DNA of 64,000 bases from Auanema rhodensis (taxonomy: Eukaryota; Animalia; Nematoda), in assembly GCA_964057225.1 (NCBI GenBank), contig OZ059897.1, positions 23,002,001 through 23,066,000 of the forward strand. Reading direction: 5' to 3'. The first letter of the stretch is position 1. Every line of letters starts with the position of its first letter. Shown here in pieces: positions 56,801 to 64,000 of this stretch. The notes beneath the pieces are model-generated. The model was not told the origin of the DNA, made no database searches, and worked only from the letters and a program-made list of their open reading frames with translations. Position numbers and translations under genes: made by a program.

Positions 56801-59800
56801 GTCATGGTTACCATGAACCAATATCAATAAAAATTTGTTTTTAGACTAATATGGACATGGGGAATCTAATTTTGAAAACCGCATCTCTTTATCTTTCACG
56901 TGAAGCGAGTTACATACCAAGTGCACATCACGTGTAAATTTAATTAGCATAAATTAAAGTTCACGTAAATTTCAAAGTCATGGTTACCATGAAGCAATAT
57001 CAATAAAAATTTGTTTTTAGACTAATATGGACATGTGGAATCTAATTTTGAAAACCGCATCTCTTTATCTTTCACGTGAAGCGAGTTACATACCAAGTGC
57101 ACATCACGTGTACATTTAATTAGCATAAATTAAAGTTCACGTAAATTTCAAAGTCATGGTTACCATGAACCAATATCAATAAAAATTTGTTTTTAGACTA
57201 ATATGGACATGGGAAATCTAATTTTGAAAACCGCATCTCTTTATCTTTCACGTGAAGCGAGTTACATACCAAGTGCACATCACGTGTACATTTAATTAGC
57301 ATAAATTAAAGTTCACGTAAATTTCAAAGTCATGGTTACCATGAACCAATATCAATAAAAATTTGTTTTTAGACTAATATGGACATGGGGAATCTAATTT
57401 TGAAAACCGCATCTCTTTATCTTTCACGTGAAGCGAGTTACATACCAAGTGCACATCACGTGTACATTTAATTAGCATATATTAAAGTTCACGTAAATTT
57501 CAAAGTCATGGTTACCATGAACCAATATCAATAAAAATTTGTTTTTAGACTAATATGGACATGGGGAATCTAATTTTGAAAACCGCATCTCTTTATCTTT
57601 CACGTGAAGCGAGTTACATACCAAGTGCACATCACGTGTACATTCAATTAGCATAAATTAAAGTTCACGTAAATTTCAAAGTCATGGTTACCATGAACCA
57701 ATATCAATAAAAATTTGTTTTTAGACTAATATGGACATGGGGAATCTAATTTTGAAAACCGCATCTCTTTATCTTTCACGTGAAGCGAGTTACATACCAA
57801 GTGCACATCACGTGTAAATTTAATTAGCATAAATTAAAGTTCACGTAAATTTCAAAGTCATGGTTACCATGAAGCAATATCAATAAAAATTTGTTTTTAG
57901 ACTAATATGGACATGTGGAATCTAATTTTGAGAACCGCATCTCTTTATCTTTCACGTGAAGCGAGTTACATACCAAGTGCACATCACGTGTACATTTAAT
58001 TAGCATAAATTAAAGTTCACGTAAATTTCAAAGTCATGGTTACCATGAACCAATATCAATAAAAATTTGTTTTTAGACTAATATGGACATGGGGAATCTA
58101 ATTTTGAAAACCGCATCTCTTTATCTTTCACGTGAAGCGAGTTACATACCAAGTGCACATCACGTGTACATTTAATTAGCATAAATTAAAGTTCACGTAA
58201 ATTTCAAAGTCATGGTTACCATGAACCAATATCAATAAAAATTTGTTTTTAGACTAATATGGACATGGGGAATCTAATTTTGAAAACCGCATCTCTTTAT
58301 CTTTCACGTGAAGCGAGTTACATACCAAGTGCACATCACGTGTACATTTAATTAGCATAAATTAAAGTTCACGTAAAATTCAAAGTCATGGTTACCATGC
58401 ACCAATATCAATAAAAATTTGTTTTTAGACTAATATGGACATGTGGAATCTAATTTTGAAAACCGCATCTCTTTATCTTTCACGTGAAGCGAGTTACATA
58501 CCAAGTGCACATCACGTGTACATTTAATTAGCATAAATTAAAGTTCACGTAAATTTCAAAGTCATGGTTACCATGCACCAATATCAATAAAAATTTGTTT
58601 TTAGACTAATATGGACATGGGGAATCTAATTTTGAAAACCGCATCTCTTTATCTTTCACGTGAAGCGAGTTACATACCAAGTGCACATCACGTGTACATT
58701 TAATTAGCATAAATTAAAGTTCACGTAAAATTCAAAGTCATGGTTACCATGCACCAATATCAATAAAAATTTGTTTTTAGACTAATATGGACATGTGGAA
58801 TCTAATTTTGAAAACCGCATCTCTTTATCTTTCACGTGAAGCGAGTTACATACCAAGTGCACATCACGTGTACATTTAATTAGCATAAATTAAAGTTCAC
58901 GTAAAATTCAAAGTCATGGTTACCATGCACCAATATCAATAAAAATTTGTTTTTAGACTAATATGGACATGTGGAATCTAATTTTGAAAACCGCATCTCT
59001 TTATCTTTCACGTGAAGCGAGTTACATACCAAGTGCACATCACGTGTACATTTAATTAGCATAAATTAAAGTTCACGTAAAATTCAAAGTCATGGTTACC
59101 ATGCACCAATATCAATAAAAATTTGTTTTTAGACTAATATGGACATGTGGAATCTAATTTTGAAAACCGCATCTCTTTATCTTTCACGTGAAGCGAGTTA
59201 CATACCAAGTGCACATCACGTGTACATTTAATTAGCATAAATTAAAGTTCACGTAAATTTCAAAGTCATGGTTACCATGAACCAATATCAATAAAAATTT
59301 GTTTTTAGACTAATATGGACATGGGGAATCTAATTTTGAAAACCGCATCTCTTTATCTTTCACGTGAAGCGAGTTACATACCAAGTGCACATCACGTGTA
59401 AATTTAATTAGCATAAATTAAAGTTCACGTAAATTTCAAAGTCATGGTTACCATGAAGCAATATCAATAAAAATTTGTTTTTAGACTAATATGGACATGT
59501 GGAATCTAATTTTGAAAACCGCATCTCTTTATCTTTCACGTGAAGCGAGTTACATACCAAGTGCACATCACGTGTACATTTAATTAGCATAAATTAAAGT
59601 TCACGTAAATTTCAAAGTCATGGTTACCATGAACCAATATCAATAAAAATTTGTTTTTAGACTAATATGGACATGGGAAATCTAATTTTGAAAACCGCAT
59701 CTCTTTATCTTTCACGTGAAGCGAGTTACATACCAAGTGCACATCACGTGTACATTTAATTAGCATAAATTAAAGTTCACGTAAATTTCAAAGTCATGGT

Positions 59801-61150
59801 TACCATGAACCAATATCAATAAAAATTTGTTTTTAGACTAATATGGACATGGGGAATCTAATTTTGAAAACCGCATCTCTTTATCTTTCACGTGAAGCGA
59901 GTTACATACCAAGTGCACATCACGTGTAAATTTAATTAGCATAAATTAAAGTTCACGTAAATTTCAAAGTCATGGTTACCATGAAGCAATATCAATAAAA
60001 ATTTGTTTTTAGACTAATATGGACATGTGGAATCTAATTTTGAAAACCGCATCTCTTTATCTTTCACGTGAAGCGAGTTACATACCAAGTGCACATCACG
60101 TGTACATTTAATTAGCATAAATTAAAGTTCACGTAAATTTCAAAGTCATGGTTACCATGAACCAATATCAATAAAAATTTGTTTTTAGACTAATATGGAC
60201 ATGGGAAATCTAATTTTGAAAACCGCATCTCTTTATCTTTCACGTGAAGCGAGTTACATACCAAGTGCACATCACGTGTACATTTAATTAGCATAAATTA
60301 AAGTTCACGTAAATTTCAAAGTCATGGTTACCATGAACCAATATCAATAAAAATTTGTTTTTAGACTAATATGGACATGGGGAATCTAATTTTGAAAACC
60401 GCATCTCTTTATCTTTCACGTGAAGCGAGTTACATACCAAGTGCACATCACGTGTACATTTAATTAGCATATATTAAAGTTCACGTAAATTTCAAAGTCA
60501 TGGTTACCATGAACCAATATCAATAAAAATTTGTTTTTAGACTAATATGGACATGGGGAATCTAATTTTGAAAACCGCATCTCTTTATCTTTCACGTGAA
60601 GCGAGTTACATACCAAGTGCACATCACGTGTACATTCAATTAGCATAAATTAAAGTTCACGTAAATTTCAAAGTCATGGTTACCATGAACCAATATCAAT
60701 AAAAATTTGTTTTTAGACTAATATGGACATGGGGAATCTAATTTTGAAAACCGCATCTCTTTATCTTTCACGTGAAGCGAGTTACATACCAAGTGCACAT
60801 CACGTGTAAATTTAATTAGCATAAATTAAAGTTCACGTAAATTTCAAAGTCATGGTTACCATGAAGCAATATCAATAAAAATTTGTTTTTAGACTAATAT
60901 GGACATGTGGAATCTAATTTTGAGAACCGCATCTCTTTATCTTTCACGTGAAGCGAGTTACATACCAAGTGCACATCACGTGTACATTTAATTAGCATAA
61001 ATTAAAGTTCACGTAAATTTCAAAGTCATGGTTACCATGAACCAATATCAATAAAAATTTGTTTTTAGACTAATATGGACATGGGGAATCTAATTTTGAA
61101 AACCGCATCTCTTTATCTTTCACGTGAAGCGAGTTACATACCAAGTGCAC
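56750..61150 (+). repeat. Local duplication, 17-monomer offset (2992 bp), reusing modules of the 11-mer; boundaries approximate
   Basis: Paired variants at 57214/60206, 57480/60472, 57645/60637 and 57932/60924. Confidence 0.83.
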
Positions 61151-64000
61151 ATCACGTGTACATTTAATTAGCATAAATTAAAGTTCACGTAAAATTCAAA
61201 GTCATGGTTACCATGCACCAATATCAATAAAAATTTGTTTTTAGACTAATATGGACATGTGGAATCTAATTTTGAAAACCGCATCTCTTTATCTTTCACG
61301 TGAAGCGAGTTACATACCAAGTGCACATCACGTGTACATTTAATTAGCATAAATTAAAGTTCACGTAAATTTCAAAGTCATGGTTACCATGAACCAATAT
61401 CAATAAAAATTTGTTTTTAGACTAATATGGACATGGGGAATCTAATTTTGGAAACCGCATCTCTTTATCTTTCACGTGAAGCGAGTTACATACCAAGTGC
61501 ACATCACGTGTACATTTAATTAGCATAAATTAAAGTTCACGTAAATTTCAAAGTCATGGTTACCATGAACCAATATCAATAAAAATTTGTTTTTAGACTA
61601 ATATGGACATGGGGAATCTAATTTTGAAAACCGCATCTCTTTATCTTTCACGTGAAGCGAGTTACATACCAAGTGCACATCACGTGTACATTTAATTAGC
61701 ATAAATTAAAGTTCACGTAAATTTCAAAGTCATGGTTACCATGCACCAATAACAATAAAAATTTGTTTTTAGACTAATATGGACATGGGGAATCTAATTT
61801 TGAAAACCGCATCTCTTTATCTTTCACGTGAAGCGAGTTACATACCAAGTGCACATCACGTGTACATTTAATTAGCATAAATTAAAGTTCACGTAAATTT
61901 CAAAGTCATGGTTACCATGAACCAATATCAATAAAAATTTGTTTTTAGACTAATATGGACATGGGGAATCTAATTTTGAAAACCGCATCTCTTTATCTTT
62001 CACGTGAAGCGAGTTACATACCAAGTGCACATCACGTGTACATTTAATTAGCATAAATTAAAGTTCACGTAAATTTCAAAGTCATGGTTACCATGAACCT
62101 ATATCAATAAAAATTTGTTTTTAGACTAATATGGACATGGGGAATCTAATTTTGAAAACCTCATCTCTTTATCTTTCACGTGAAGCGAGTTACATACCAA
62201 GTGCACATCACGTGTACATTTAATTAGCATAAATTAAAGTTCACGTAAATTTCAAAGTCATGGTTACCATGCACCAATATCAATAAAAATTTGTTTTTAG
62301 ACTAATATGGACATGGGGAATCTAATTTTGAAAACCGCATCTCTTTATCTTTCACGTGAAGCGAGTTACATACCAAGTGCACATCACGTGTACATTTAAT
62401 TAGCATAAATTAAAGTTCACGTAAATTTCAAAGTCATGGTTACCATGAACCAATATCAATAAAAATTTGTTTTTAGACTAATATGGACATGGGGAATCTA
62501 ATTTTGAAAACCGCATCTCTTTATCTTTCACGTGAAGCGAGTTACATACCAAGTGCACATCACGTGTACATTTAATTAGCATAAATTAAAGTTCACGTAA
62601 ATTTCAAAGTCATGGTTACCATGAACCAATATCAATAAAAATTTGTTTTTAGACTAATATGGACATGGGGAATCTAATTTTGAAAACCGCATCTCTTTAT
62701 CTTTCACGTGAAGCGAGTTACATACCAAGTGCACATCACGTGTAAATTTAATTAGCATAAATTAAAGTTCACGTAAATTTCAAAGTCATGGTTACCATGA
62801 AGCAATATCAATAAAAATTTGTTTTTAGACTAATATGGACATGTGGAATCTAATTTTGAAAACCGCATCTCTTTATCTTTCACGTGAAGCGAGTTACATA
62901 CCAAGTGCACATCACGTGTACATTTAATTAGCATAAATTAAAGTTCACGTAAATTTCAAAGTCATGGTTACCATGAACCAATATCAATAAAAATTTGTTT
63001 TTAGACTAATATGGACATGGGAAATCTAATTTTGAAAACCGCATCTCTTTATCTTTCACGTGAAGCGAGTTACATACCAAGTGCACATCACGTGTACATT
63101 TAATTAGCATAAATTAAAGTTCACGTAAATTTCAAAGTCATGGTTACCATGAACCAATATCAATAAAAATTTGTTTTTAGACTAATATGGACATGGGGAA
63201 TCTAATTTTGAAAACCGCATCTCTTTATCTTTCACGTGAAGCGAGTTACATACCAAGTGCACATCACGTGTACATTTAATTAGCATAAATTAAAGTTCAC
63301 GTAAATTTCAAAGTCATGGTTACCATGAACCAATATCAATAAAAATTTGTTTTTAGACTAATATGGACATGGGGAATCTAATTTTGAAAACCGCATCTCT
63401 TTATCTTTCACGTGAAGCGAGTTACATACCAAGTGCACATCACGTGTACATTTAATTAGCATAAATTAAAGTTCACGTAAATTTCAAAGTCATGGTTACC
63501 ATGAACCAATATCAATAAAAATTTGTTTTTAGACTAATATGGACATGGGGAATCTAATTTTGAAAACGGCATCTCTTTATCTTTCACGTGAAGCGAGTTA
63601 CATACCAAGTGCACATCACGTGTACATTTAATTAGCATAAATTAAAGTTCACGTAAATTTCAAAGTCATGGTTACCATGAACCAATATCAATAAAAATTT
63701 GTTTTTAGACTAATATGGACATGGGGAATCTAATTTTGAAAACCGCATCTCTTTATCTTTCACGTGAAGCGAGTTACATACCAAGTGCACATCACGTGTA
63801 CATTTAATTAGCATAAATTAAAGTTCACGTAAATTTCAAAGTCATGGTTACCATGAACCAATATCAATAAAAATTTGTTTTTAGACTAATATGGACATGG
63901 GGAATCTAATTTTGAAAACCGCATCTCTTTATCTTTCACGTGAAGCGAGTTACATACCAAGTGCACATCACGTGTACATTTAATTAGCATAAATTAAAGT

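Larger units (their letters stand above)
47700..64000 (+). repeat. 176-bp tandem satellite, forward block 2 (about 92.6 monomers; open at window end)
   Basis: Forward sequence resumes at monomer position 117 (ATGGACATGGGG). Monomers start at 47760, then after a 1-bp deletion near 48951 at 48991 ... 63951 (=48991+85x176). Confidence 0.99.

Noticed and set aside
1-64000. CRISPR array or other repeat-spacer system
   Set aside because: There are no unique spacers; the whole unit repeats.

Overview
All 64 kb is one eukaryotic-type satellite DNA array: about 364 copies of a 176-bp, AT-rich monomer (56/176 G+C, about 32%), most copies 0-3 substitutions from consensus. It looks like centromeric or pericentromeric satellite, but I do not recognise the family or species. 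I found no genes, RNA genes, CRISPR arrays or transposons; the five listed ORFs are by-products of the repeat. The main structure is orientation: forward (1-39297), an 8.4-kb inverted block (39294-47697), then forward again (47700-64000). The left junction has a 4-bp microhomology and the right has a short microhomology plus a small insertion. Rare variants mirror each other across the right junction, and one rare variant links the broken left monomer to the inverted block. This points to a template-switch inverted duplication rather than a simple flip, with assembly artefact not excluded. Diagnostic variants also show local block duplications of 3 to 26 monomers and regional monomer lineages. 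The monomer is rich in palindromes and E-boxes. All variant positions were read by eye, so absences are provisional.
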